From: Bacteroidota bacterium
GTDB lineage: Bacteria; Bacteroidota; Ignavibacteria; UBA10030; UBA8401
NCBI GenBank assembly: GCA_049578505.1
Contig: JBAUMC010000039.1
Coordinates: 29,498-93,497 of the forward strand
Reading direction: 5' to 3'
Length of the DNA stretch: 64,000 bases
The position numbers were made by a program, and so were the translations under genes. The notes beneath the pieces are model-generated. The model worked only from the letters and a program-made list of their open reading frames with translations. It was not told the DNA's origin and did not search any database. Numbering within the stretch: position 1 is the stretch's first letter; every line of letters begins with the position of its first letter. Shown in pieces: positions 30,577 through 41,227 of this stretch.

Positions 30577-31956
30577 ATGGCTCGCACCTACAATATCCTT
30601 ATAGTCGACGATGAAGAGAGCGTCGTATTTCTTCTCAAGGAAGAGCTCTCGGAATTAGAGAAGTACGACGTTACAGTTGCATACGACGGCGCTGAAGCAA
30701 TCAACATTCTTCAGGGCCACCCTTTCGATGTTGTTCTTCTCGATGTGAAAATGCCTCGCGTCAGCGGGATCGAAGTCCTGAAGTACATTCGGGAACAGCA
30801 CCCGACTACGATTGTCCTTATGCTTACGAATTTTGCCGACGTCAAGACAGCAATCGAAACGATGAAGCTTGGCGCGTACGATTTTGTCAGTAAACCGTAT
30901 GAGCGGGAAGAATTGCTTGCAACGATTGACCGCGCACTCGAACTGCGCCGCCTTACGATCGACAATAAGCTCATGGAGTACGAGCTCAACCGCCAGGGGT
31001 TGGCTCGTGAGTTTATCGGGAAAAGTCCTGCAGTCCAATCCCTCATCAGCACGGCAAAAAAAATTGCCGATAGTACTGCAATCGTTCAGATTCAAGGTCC
31101 GAGCGGTACAGGTAAAGAGCTGATAGCCCATCTTATCCACACATCAAGCCCGAGAAAGAACCGCCCTTTTGTGATTGTGAACTGCGCTTCCATTCCCGAC
31201 GCTCTGCTGGAAAGCGAACTGTTCGGCCACGAGAAAGGAGCGTTCACGAACGCGTACGCGATGAAACAGGGTCTGGTCGAAGTTGCAAACGGAGGGACTC
31301 TCTTTTTGGATGAAGTCGGCGACATCAGCCCGATGATTCAGCCCAAGCTGCTCAGATTTCTCGAGACAGGGGAGTTCCGGCGGGTAGGGGGAACAAATGC
31401 GATGAAAGTCGACGTGCGTATCGTTTCCGCAACGAACAAGGATTTGCAAAAAGAGGTTGAGGCCGGCAGATTCAGAGAAGACTTATTGTATCGATTGAAT
31501 GTTGTGACCATTCGTATCCCCCCCCTGAAAGACCGCAAAGAAGATATCCCCCTTCTCATTGAGAATTTTTTGGGGAAAAAAATAAAGGGAAAAGCTCAGA
31601 AACGCCTGAGCGACGAAGCGGTGCAGGTATTGATGCGGTACGATTGGCCCGGCAACGTCCGCGAGATGGAACATGTCATCGAAGGAGCCGTCATTCTATC
31701 GCATGACGAAGTCATCACGGCAAAAGATCTGACACTGACCGCATCCTCGGGAATGCAAAATTTGAGCCCCGTTCCCATGCCGCAGAAAGAGGGTGAAGTA
31801 TTATCACTTGAGACAATGGAAAAAATGCAGATCGAACTCGTGCTGCAAAAGAATAATTACAACCGTTCAAAAACCGCCCAGTTGCTCGGCATCACTCCTA
31901 AGACGTTATATCTCAAAATTAAACGGTACGGTATAACTACCCCCACCAAAGACTAA
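30577..31956 (+). CDS. Sigma-54-dependent response regulator (NtrC/AtoC family: REC + AAA+ sigma54-activator + Fis-type HTH)
   Basis: It has REC, Walker A GPSGTGKE, the GAFTNA motif, ESELFGHEKGAFT and a C-terminal HTH (RSKTAQLLGITPKTLYLKIKRYGI). Confidence 0.9.
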   Translation: MARTYNILIVDDEESVVFLLKEELSELEKYDVTVAYDGAEAINILQGHPFDVVLLDVKMPRVSGIEVLKYIREQHPTTIVLMLTNFADVKTAIETMKLGAYDFVSKPYEREELLATIDRALELRRLTIDNKLMEYELNRQGLAREFIGKSPAVQSLISTAKKIADSTAIVQIQGPSGTGKELIAHLIHTSSPRKNRPFVIVNCASIPDALLESELFGHEKGAFTNAYAMKQGLVEVANGGTLFLDEVGDISPMIQPKLLRFLETGEFRRVGGTNAMKVDVRIVSATNKDLQKEVEAGRFREDLLYRLNVVTIRIPPLKDRKEDIPLLIENFLGKKIKGKAQKRLSDEAVQVLMRYDWPGNVREMEHVIEGAVILSHDEVITAKDLTLTASSGMQNLSPVPMPQKEGEVLSLETMEKMQIELVLQKNNYNRSKTAQLLGITPKTLYLKIKRYGITTPTKD

Positions 31957-32056
31957 TCCTTCACAGAATTTTTTTCCCTTACCCTGCAACTTTTTCCCTC
32001 TTTTTCCGAATACTATACAGAGCCGAAATCACCAATATTGTAATGAGGAGGGTAGT

Positions 32057-32479
32057 ATGAAGAAGGGAATGATTGCACGAGGCCTGATGGCCGTTGCGGC
32101 GGCAGCTGTTATTGGGTTCACTTCCGCTGCAGCATCAGAGCCGGGAGTTTCGAGGTATGGCGATGTTGACTGGAAAAAAGCAGAGGCAAACTATGTCGCC
32201 GCTTTAAAATCGGATAATATGGGCGTTAAGCAAAGTGCGGCAAGCTATGTAGCTGAGTACAAACTTAAAGGAGCTGTGGATCCTCTCATTCAAATCCTGA
32301 AGTTTGACAAAGTAGAAAGTGCAAGGATGTCAGCGGCGTTGGCGCTTGTCACTTTAAACGATGCGCGTGGCAGAGCTGCAGTTGAAGAGGCTACTTTGTA
32401 TGACGGAAGCGACAAAGTGGTTAGATTCTGCGAGTCATTGCTGAACGCTTCGCCGAACAAGTTCAGCGCAATGGAATAA
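32057..32479 (+). CDS. Secreted HEAT/armadillo-like repeat protein (hypothetical)
   Basis: Signal peptide and RBS GAGGAGGG. A short helical-repeat pattern is present. Confidence 0.5.
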   Translation: MKKGMIARGLMAVAAAAVIGFTSAAASEPGVSRYGDVDWKKAEANYVAALKSDNMGVKQSAASYVAEYKLKGAVDPLIQILKFDKVESARMSAALALVTLNDARGRAAVEEATLYDGSDKVVRFCESLLNASPNKFSAME

Positions 32480-32508
32480 AAGAAGTTCCTTGGATTCTCC
32501 CCCCTAAA

Positions 32509-32562
32509 GCCAGAGCATTACTCAATTGTTGTATGAGTAGCGCTCTGGCCCTCTCATTTTTG
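32509..32562 (+). terminator. Rho-independent terminator (nested hairpin plus T-tract)
   Basis: An outer stem (GCCAGAGC/GCTCTGGC) and an inner stem (TACTCA/TGAGTA) are followed by CCTCTCATTTTTG. Confidence 0.6.
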
Positions 32563-32602
32563 TAAATTCAATTCCACGTAGTAGTCCTGCCTTATCCATG
32601 CA

Positions 32603-32678
32603 GTGGCTCAATTTGAGAAAAAAATTGCCATGCCCACATTCCGAAGGGATCCCTCCGGTACGCGGGAATGGCAAATTG
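32603..32678. repeat. Copy 3 (shortest, ~76 bp) of the intergenic repeat family
   Basis: GTGGCTCAATTTGAGAAAAAAATTGCCATGCCCACATTCCGAAGGGATCCCTCCGG...CGCGGGAATGGCAAATTG. Confidence 0.6.
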
Positions 32679-32703
32679 AGTCAGCATCCTCACTCAACTT
32701 TGA

Positions 32704-32732
32704 TTGACTTTCGTCCATTTTTTCGGTAATTT
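32704..32732 (+). promoter_or_regulatory. Sigma70-like promoter TTGACT-17 nt-TAATTT upstream of the glutaryl-CoA dehydrogenase-like gene
   Basis: The architecture is the same as the gap promoter (TTGACT / 17 nt / TAAaTT). It lies about 60 nt before the ATG at 32795. Confidence 0.4.
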
Positions 32733-32794
32733 TTGAAAAATTTTCACTTGGTAAGCCTCTCTTTCGCAATGTTCCCCCTCGAAAGGAATGATCG

Positions 32795-33964
32795 ATGTTG
32801 AAGTCTCAAGGGGTCGATTATTATGCCATCGATTCTCAATTGAACGATGAAGAAATACTCGTCCGCAACACAGTTCGAGAATTTGTCGATGATAACGTTT
32901 TGCCGATTATTGAGAAGCATAATCGTGAAGGAACGTTTCCGCACCAACTTGTGAAACAAATGGCCGGACTCGGTCTTTTCGGTGCCACGCTTCCTGCGAA
33001 ATATGGGTGTGCTGAATTGAATAACGTTGCGTATGGGTTGATGATGCAGGAGTTGGAAAGGGGTGACAGCGGCGTTCGGAGTTTTGCGTCGGTTCAAAGT
33101 GCGTTGGTCATGTATCCTATTCATGTTTTCGGCTCCGAAGAACAAAAAGATTGCTGGCTGCCGAAATTGGCCAAAGGGGAAAAGATCGGATGCTTTGGAT
33201 TGACGGAGCCGGATTACGGGTCCAATCCCGGCGGAATGATTACCCGCGCGGAAAAAAGGGGGGAAGGTTTTGTTCTCAACGGAGCAAAAATGTGGATCAC
33301 AAACGGAACGATCGCAGATGTTGCCGTCGTGTGGGCAAAACTGGACGGCGAGATTAAAGGGTTCCTTGTTGAAAAAGGAACAAAGGGCTTTGAGGCTCCG
33401 GAAATGCATGGTAAACATTCTCTTCGCGCATCGGTCACGTCCGAACTTGTTTTTCAGGATTGTTTTATTCCGGAGCAAAATCTCTTACCGAAATCGGGCG
33501 GGTTGAAGTCTCCGTTAATGTGCCTGAGTCAGGCGCGGTACGGCATCGCGTGGGGGGCTCTCGGTGCCGCAACAGCCTGTTACGATGCAGCGCTTCACTA
33601 TTCATTATCCCGCGTGCAATTTGACAAGCCGATCGCTTCCTTTCAGATGACGCAGGAAAAACTTGTATACATGCTCACTGAAATCACGAAAGGACAATTG
33701 CTTTGTCTTCAGCTAGCGAGGTTGAAGGACCAGAACAGGGCGACGTTTGCGCAGATATCCATGGCGAAGCGGAACAACGTTTACCACGCCCTGGAAATCG
33801 CAAGAACGGCGCGGGAAATTTTAGGGGCAAACGGAATACTCGACGAATATCCGGTGATGCGCCATGCCGCAAACCTTGAATCGGTGAAAACGTACGAAGG
33901 AACGCATGAGATGCATACGCTCATTATCGGCGAAGATATAACGGGTATTGCGGCATTTAATTGA
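32795..33964 (+). CDS. Acyl-CoA dehydrogenase, glutaryl-CoA dehydrogenase-like
   Basis: ACAD N-, middle and C-domains are present (GCFGLTEPDYGSNPGGM, MWITNG, YEGTHEMHTLIIG). The length and motifs fit the GCDH subfamily. Confidence 0.85.
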   Translation: MLKSQGVDYYAIDSQLNDEEILVRNTVREFVDDNVLPIIEKHNREGTFPHQLVKQMAGLGLFGATLPAKYGCAELNNVAYGLMMQELERGDSGVRSFASVQSALVMYPIHVFGSEEQKDCWLPKLAKGEKIGCFGLTEPDYGSNPGGMITRAEKRGEGFVLNGAKMWITNGTIADVAVVWAKLDGEIKGFLVEKGTKGFEAPEMHGKHSLRASVTSELVFQDCFIPEQNLLPKSGGLKSPLMCLSQARYGIAWGALGAATACYDAALHYSLSRVQFDKPIASFQMTQEKLVYMLTEITKGQLLCLQLARLKDQNRATFAQISMAKRNNVYHALEIARTAREILGANGILDEYPVMRHAANLESVKTYEGTHEMHTLIIGEDITGIAAFN

Positions 33965-33998
33965 ACCGTGAAAGATACCGATCTCAACCCTTTTTGCT

Positions 33999-34034
33999 CG
34001 AAGGATGCACTGCGCATCCTTCGTTGTTTATATC
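33999..34034 (+). terminator. Rho-independent terminator after the ACAD gene
   Basis: A perfect 10-bp stem (CGAAGGATGC/GCATCCTTCG) with a 5-nt loop is followed by TTGTTTATATC. Confidence 0.7.
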
Positions 34035-34042
34035 AGCTCTGA

Positions 34043-35524
<1,482 letters not shown>

Positions 35525-35534
35525 CCCCATTCTG

Positions 35535-36614
35535 TTGATGTTCGACTACAAAGAAAGAATCCGTCTGCTGCGTGATGTATTGGAGAGAAAGCATTGTGAT
35601 GCATTTATTACTTCGTTCATTCCGCATCTTCGCTATCTTACCGGATTCTCCGGATCGAACGGTCTATGCATTGTTACTCATGCCAAAGTATTTTTTCTTA
35701 CCGACTTTCGCTACAAGGAGCAAATCCGGAATGAAGTCGCTTGTTCCCGATCGTTTATAACCAGCGGTGAACTCGTTGAAAAGGCGTCAGAGGAAAAGCT
35801 CCTTGGCGGATGCAAGCGCGTAGGAGTAGAACAGGACTATCTCCAGATTGCACAGCATAGGGGCCTGAAAAGAAATTTTCATGCGGTTCGATTCGTCCCG
35901 ACGTCTGAACTCGTTGAGTCGCTCGCATCCGTAAAAAGAGGGGCGGAAATTCTCCTTATCGCAAAGGCAGTGGCCATCACCGATTCCGTATTTGAAGAAC
36001 TATTAAAGATTGTAAGAGCCGGAATATCCGAGCTCGATGTTTCCGCAGAGATTTCTTACCTCCATAAGAAGCATGGGGCAGAAAACGACTCTTTCGAGCC
36101 GATTGTCGTGAGCGGCCCGCGGGGTTCGCTTCCGCATGGCAGACCGTCTTCTAAGAAAGTAAAAAAAGGTGAATTGGTAACACTCGACCTCGGATGTTTC
36201 TATAAAGGATATTGCAGCGATTTGACGCGAACAGTGGCCGTCGGAAAACCTTCAGATGAAGCGCGGAAAGTGTATGGCATCGTTCTCCAGGCTCAGCAAA
36301 GAGCGATCGACTCTGCGCGTAGCGGCGTTAAAGCGAAAAACATAGACGGCGTGGCTCGCGGCTTTATAAGCAGCAAAGGATACGGAAAATATTTCGGACA
36401 CGGGCTGGGGCACGGCATCGGTTTACAAATCCATGAATTTCCGCGTATCTCGGCCCGAAGTATGCACACCCTCCAAAGCGGCAATGTTGTTACCGTTGAA
36501 CCGGGAATCTATCTTCCTCAAAAATTCGGTATTCGAATCGAAGACGACATAGTGATCCGGGACGGAACGTGCGACGTTTTGACCAGGGCGTCAAAAGCAT
36601 TAATCGTTGTTTAA
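35535..36614 (+). CDS. M24-family Xaa-Pro dipeptidase/aminopeptidase (creatinase N-domain + pita-bread fold)
   Basis: The metal ligands are HGLGHGIGLQIHE and EPGIY, and the characteristic N-terminal domain is present. Confidence 0.85.
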   Translation: MMFDYKERIRLLRDVLERKHCDAFITSFIPHLRYLTGFSGSNGLCIVTHAKVFFLTDFRYKEQIRNEVACSRSFITSGELVEKASEEKLLGGCKRVGVEQDYLQIAQHRGLKRNFHAVRFVPTSELVESLASVKRGAEILLIAKAVAITDSVFEELLKIVRAGISELDVSAEISYLHKKHGAENDSFEPIVVSGPRGSLPHGRPSSKKVKKGELVTLDLGCFYKGYCSDLTRTVAVGKPSDEARKVYGIVLQAQQRAIDSARSGVKAKNIDGVARGFISSKGYGKYFGHGLGHGIGLQIHEFPRISARSMHTLQSGNVVTVEPGIYLPQKFGIRIEDDIVIRDGTCDVLTRASKALIVV

Positions 36615-36676
36615 ACGCCGGAGAAAAAGTCTACGACCGTACCGTTTCTAAGTTTTGTTTGACTTCACAATTAACA

Positions 36677-37939
36677 ATGCGTAAAGTTCTCGTAATTGCT
36701 TATTATTTTCCCCCCATGGGGTTAAGCGGCGTGCAGCGCACGCTGAAGCTGGTAAAATACTTCCCCAAATTTCAATGGATGCCGACCGTTCTTACGGTGA
36801 CCTCGACGGGGTATTTTGCCAAGGACGAATCGCTTTTAAAAGAGATTGTCCCCCTCGGCATCGAAGTTGTCCGGACAAATTCCTTCGACCCGAACCGCCT
36901 CTTCCGGAAACAGGAGGTTGTGAAAATGCCCGCGGAGCGGACGCGAAAGATTCTCAGCCGCGCCAGCGATTCGATTTTTATCCCCGATAATAAGATTGGA
37001 TGGAAAGGGCCTGCTCTAAAAAAAGCAACGGAGCTTCTTGGGAAGGAAAAGTTCGATGCCATCTTCGCTACCGCCCCCCCGCAAACCGACTTTCTCATCG
37101 GCAAGGCGCTTAAGCAAAATTTCCATATTCCATTGATGATCGACTACCGCGATTCGTGGCTCGATTATCCTTTCAAGTTTTACCCGACGCCGCTTCATAA
37201 ATATGCGAATTACAGGATGGAAAAAGGCGTCCTCCACGTCGCCGATGCAATCATTGTTGCCAGCCGGCGGACAAAAGAGCTCCTCCTCCGACGGTACAAA
37301 TTTCTCACGTATAACGACGTGCAAATCATCTCGCAAGGTTTTGACCCGGAGGATATGACATTGGCCGCGTCGGTCAAATTGCCGCGGATCGAGAAAATGC
37401 GCATCACCTACTCCGGGTTGTTTTACGAAGACCGCACGCCCGAGTATTTTCTCGAGGCACTCCATCTCGTCTACAAGAACAACGCAAAGCTACGTGGAAG
37501 GATCGAAGCCTGTTTTATCGGTGCTTTCCGCGATGAGCATCAAAAAATCATCAGCCGGCTCGGCCTTCAAAACTCGGTCAACATTCTCGGCTATCTTGAC
37601 CATACGGAGTGCGTGCGCTACCTGCTGGCTTCGGATGTGTTGTGGATGATGATGGGAGACGATAAGAGTTCGCCGGGAAAAATATTTGAATACATTGGCG
37701 CCAAGAAAAAAATTCTCGCTTGCTTACCTCAGGGGATGATGCGCTCGGTTATCGAAGAAGCCGGCGGAATCTGCGTTGAACCGCGCGATGTTGCGAAAAT
37801 TGCGGATGCAATAGTGTCGTTGTATGAACAGTATGAACGCCGCCAACTTCGCGGTCCCCGCCCCGAAATTGTCGATAAATACAATCGTATAACATTAGCC
37901 GGCGAAGTGGCAAAGACTTTGTCCGCATTAACGGACTGA
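36677..37939 (+). CDS. Glycosyltransferase (GT4/GT1-like)
   Basis: The start MRKVLVIAYYFPP is typical. The C-terminal half has a GT1-like sugar-donor-binding region. The ORF-track start at 36569 overlaps the upstream gene and is unlikely. Confidence 0.75.
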   Translation: MRKVLVIAYYFPPMGLSGVQRTLKLVKYFPKFQWMPTVLTVTSTGYFAKDESLLKEIVPLGIEVVRTNSFDPNRLFRKQEVVKMPAERTRKILSRASDSIFIPDNKIGWKGPALKKATELLGKEKFDAIFATAPPQTDFLIGKALKQNFHIPLMIDYRDSWLDYPFKFYPTPLHKYANYRMEKGVLHVADAIIVASRRTKELLLRRYKFLTYNDVQIISQGFDPEDMTLAASVKLPRIEKMRITYSGLFYEDRTPEYFLEALHLVYKNNAKLRGRIEACFIGAFRDEHQKIISRLGLQNSVNILGYLDHTECVRYLLASDVLWMMMGDDKSSPGKIFEYIGAKKKILACLPQGMMRSVIEEAGGICVEPRDVAKIADAIVSLYEQYERRQLRGPRPEIVDKYNRITLAGEVAKTLSALTD

Positions 37940-37942
37940 AAA

Positions 37943-39226
37943 ATGAATATTCTCATAATAGGTTCCGGCGGGCGCGAACACGCACTCGTCTGGAAACTGC
38001 GGCAAAGTCCGAAAGTGCAGGAGATCTTTTGCGCTCCGGGAAATGCCGGAATTGGCGCTCTGGCCGAATTAGTGCAGGTCAATGTCGATGACATCGACGG
38101 GTTGTTCCGGTTCGCTAAAAGGAAAAAGATCGATCTCACCGTCGTCGGCCCCGAAATTCCGTTGGTGAAAGGCATTGTCGACCTGTTTGAAAAGAACGGC
38201 ATGCGCATCTTCGGTCCGACCAAACACGCTTCCCAGCTTGAAGGGAGTAAGGTTTTTGCAAAAAATTTCATGAGCAAGTACCGCATTCCTACGGCCTCTT
38301 ATAGAACATTCGGCCGCTCTGAATATTCAGCGGCTCAACAGTTCATTATGGAGCATCCTGTCCCGGTCGTCCTGAAGGCAGACGGATTGGCGGGCGGAAA
38401 AGGGGCTGTGGTATGTCAATCTAGGGGCGACGCGTTCAATACACTGCGTGATTGTTTTGAAAAGAATATTTTTGGCGACTCGGGAAATAATGTCGTTGTG
38501 GAAGAGTTTATGAAGGGAGAGGAAGCATCGGTGTTCGTATTCACCGATGGGACAGACTACAAAATGCTTCAGCCGGCCCAGGATCATAAACAGATCCTCG
38601 ACGGAGATAAGGGAAAAAATACAGGAGGGATGGGAGCATATGCGCCTGCACCGATCGCCACGAACGCCTTGTTGAAGCGGGTCGAAAAAGAAATTATTAA
38701 GCCGACGTTAGATGGAATGCGCTCCGACGGGAAACCGTACAAAGGGTGTCTTTACGTTGGTTTAATGATCACTGCGGAGGGACCGAAAGTGGTTGAGTTC
38801 AACTGCAGGCTGGGGGACCCTGAAGCGCAAGTAGTACTTCCCTTGCTGGAAACGGATTTGCTTGATTTACTCTATGCCTGCTCTGCCGGAACTCTGCGGA
38901 CCGTCGGAGTACGCCATCATAGTGCATCCGCGGTATGCGTGGTCATCGCCTCGCGCGGCTATCCTGACTCGTACGAAACAGGAAAGCCGATTACGGGTCT
39001 TGACTCTGTCCAAGCGGAAAGCGGGGTTATTGTTTTTCACGCGGGGACAAAAAATGTAAGCGGCAAGATTGTTTCTGCTGGGGGACGCGTCCTGGGAGTA
39101 ACAGCGATCGGCTACGGAGACGATCTTGAAGGGACAATTAATACGGCCTACGCCGCCGTGAAGAGAATTTCCTTCGACGGCGCTTATTATCGGAGCGACA
39201 TCGGACGAAAGGCGTTGAAGCATTAG
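37943..39226 (+). CDS. purD: Phosphoribosylamine--glycine ligase
   Basis: MNILIIGSGGREHAL and the ATP-grasp motifs are present across 427 aa. Confidence 0.95.
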   Translation: MNILIIGSGGREHALVWKLRQSPKVQEIFCAPGNAGIGALAELVQVNVDDIDGLFRFAKRKKIDLTVVGPEIPLVKGIVDLFEKNGMRIFGPTKHASQLEGSKVFAKNFMSKYRIPTASYRTFGRSEYSAAQQFIMEHPVPVVLKADGLAGGKGAVVCQSRGDAFNTLRDCFEKNIFGDSGNNVVVEEFMKGEEASVFVFTDGTDYKMLQPAQDHKQILDGDKGKNTGGMGAYAPAPIATNALLKRVEKEIIKPTLDGMRSDGKPYKGCLYVGLMITAEGPKVVEFNCRLGDPEAQVVLPLLETDLLDLLYACSAGTLRTVGVRHHSASAVCVVIASRGYPDSYETGKPITGLDSVQAESGVIVFHAGTKNVSGKIVSAGGRVLGVTAIGYGDDLEGTINTAYAAVKRISFDGAYYRSDIGRKALKH

Positions 39227-39266
39227 CATCGTGAATCATCACACAAACATAATCTGAAAGCTAACA

Positions 39267-40199
39267 ATGAATATCCTCGTGACGGGCGGGGCAGGATTTA
39301 TCGGCTCCAATATTGTCGATGCGTATGTTCAAGCCGGACATACAGTTGTTATTGTCGATGATCTTTCAACAGGCAGCCTCAACAATGTAAACCCGAAAGC
39401 GCAATTCCACAACATCGACATTCGGGATCCGGCTGTTGACACAGTGTTGAAAGCGATCCCTATTGATGTTATCAATCATCATGCCGCCCAAATGGACGTA
39501 AGGAAATCGGTCGCCGATCCGAAATTTGACGCCTCGGTGAATATTCTCGGCATGCTAAATCTCTTTGAGCTTGGATTACGTCATGGGGTGAAGAAAATCA
39601 TCTTTTCATCGACCGGCGGGGCAATTTACGGCGAACAGGATTTTTTTCCCGCAGACGAAAAACATCCGCTCCGCCCGTTGTCGCCGTACGGTATTACCAA
39701 GCTTGCGACGGAAAAATATCTCTTTTATTATCAGGCGGTGCACGGAATTCAACATGTCATCCTTCGTTACGCAAATATTTATGGTCCGAGACAAAATCCG
39801 CATGGCGAAGCCGGTGTGGTAGCCATCTTCGCCGATAAAATGCTGAGGGGCGAACAGCCCGTGATCAACGGAGATGGTAAACAGACGCGCGATTATGTCT
39901 ATGTAAGCGACGTTGTGCAGGCCAACGTACTCGCATTGTCTTTTCCTTCTTCGGATATCTTTAATATCGGGACAGGCAAGGAGAACGATGTAAACACGCT
40001 CTTCCGGTTTATAAAGAAATTCAGCGGCGCAACATGCGAAGAAAAGCACGGCCCGGGTAAAATGGGGGAACAGCTTCGAAGCGTGATCGACCATACGAAA
40101 GCGAAAACAATTCTCGGATGGGAGCCAACTGTTTCGCTGGAAGAAGGTTTAAGAAGAACTGTAGAGTTTTTCAGAGGGAAGTTAAAAGAGAAAAGATAA
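39267..40199 (+). CDS. NAD-dependent epimerase/dehydratase (SDR family, UDP-sugar 4-epimerase-like)
   Basis: The Rossmann motif VTGGAGFIGSN and the catalytic YxxxK (YGITKLATEKY) are present. Confidence 0.85.
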   Translation: MNILVTGGAGFIGSNIVDAYVQAGHTVVIVDDLSTGSLNNVNPKAQFHNIDIRDPAVDTVLKAIPIDVINHHAAQMDVRKSVADPKFDASVNILGMLNLFELGLRHGVKKIIFSSTGGAIYGEQDFFPADEKHPLRPLSPYGITKLATEKYLFYYQAVHGIQHVILRYANIYGPRQNPHGEAGVVAIFADKMLRGEQPVINGDGKQTRDYVYVSDVVQANVLALSFPSSDIFNIGTGKENDVNTLFRFIKKFSGATCEEKHGPGKMGEQLRSVIDHTKAKTILGWEPTVSLEEGLRRTVEFFRGKLKEKR

Positions 40200-40231
40200 A
40201 AAATGGTTTAATTGATTACTGTAGATCCGGT

Positions 40232-41173
40232 ATGGATTATTCTTTTTCGTTAGAGCCTCTTCTGCGCGGCGACAGGAGGACAGTCGCACGGGCAATTTCC
40301 TCCATTGAGAACGCCGACGGCAGTGCCGACGGAGTCCTTTCTTCGATTTATCCATACACGGGCAAAGCATACCGCATCGGCATCACCGGCCCGCCGGGGG
40401 CGGGAAAAAGCACGCTTACGAACAAACTCGCCCAATGGTACCGCCAGCAAAATTTGCGGGTCGGTATTCTTGCAGTCGATCCCACAAGTCCCTTCACCGG
40501 CGGCGCGCTGCTCGGTGACCGCATCCGGATGACCGATGTGGAACTTGACCAAGGAGTGTTCATCCGCAGCATGGCATCGCGGGGAAGCCTCGGCGGCCTG
40601 AGCAAGAAAACGCGGGAGGCTGCGGATGTCCTCGATGCAAGCGGTGCCGAAATTATCCTCCTTGAAACTGTGGGAGTGGGACAGTCCGAGCTTGATATAG
40701 CAGGGGCCGCCGATACTACCGTGGTGGTCCTTGTTCCCGAATCGGGGGACGGCATTCAGGCAATGAAGGCTGGTTTGATGGAAATTGCCGACTTTTTTGT
40801 CCTCAATAAAGCGGACAGGCCGGGCGCAGAACAAGCAGTAATGTCGATAAAGATGATCCTTGGATTCCGGCCTCATGACGAAACCACGTGGCTCCCAGAT
40901 GTGTTAAAAGCTATAGCGAGCGAAGGAAAAGGAGTCAATGAAATCGGAGTTATGATAGCGAGGCACCGTTCTCATCTTGAAGGGAGCGGCAGACTGCTTG
41001 TGCGCCGAACAGAGCGGATGAAAAGCCGAATCGAGGAAATAGTCCAGGACCAATTGAAAGTTGAATTCTGGAACGCCGAGCGAACGCAAAAGCTTTTGGA
41101 CGAGTTAAATGCCGTCATGGAACTTCGGAAAACGCCGTATCAAGTAGCGAAAGAATTGATCAAAACAGTGTAG
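40232..41173 (+). CDS. meaB: MeaB/ArgK-family G3E GTPase (methylmalonyl-CoA mutase-type chaperone)
   Basis: It has the P-loop GITGPPGAGKST, a switch region and LNKAD. The start is set at the first ATG after the upstream stop; the ORF-track start at 40118 overlaps the epimerase. Confidence 0.8.
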   Translation: MDYSFSLEPLLRGDRRTVARAISSIENADGSADGVLSSIYPYTGKAYRIGITGPPGAGKSTLTNKLAQWYRQQNLRVGILAVDPTSPFTGGALLGDRIRMTDVELDQGVFIRSMASRGSLGGLSKKTREAADVLDASGAEIILLETVGVGQSELDIAGAADTTVVVLVPESGDGIQAMKAGLMEIADFFVLNKADRPGAEQAVMSIKMILGFRPHDETTWLPDVLKAIASEGKGVNEIGVMIARHRSHLEGSGRLLVRRTERMKSRIEEIVQDQLKVEFWNAERTQKLLDELNAVMELRKTPYQVAKELIKTV

Positions 41174-41227
41174 AACAAGTCATCAAATTGTCCTGCAACA
41201 ACTCACCAAACATGTGAGGAGAATTCT

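Noticed and set aside
36569-36676. Upstream extension of the glycosyltransferase ORF
   Set aside because: The extension overlaps the C-terminus of the M24 peptidase gene in another frame. The canonical GT N-terminus (MRKVLVIAYYFPP) begins at 36677.
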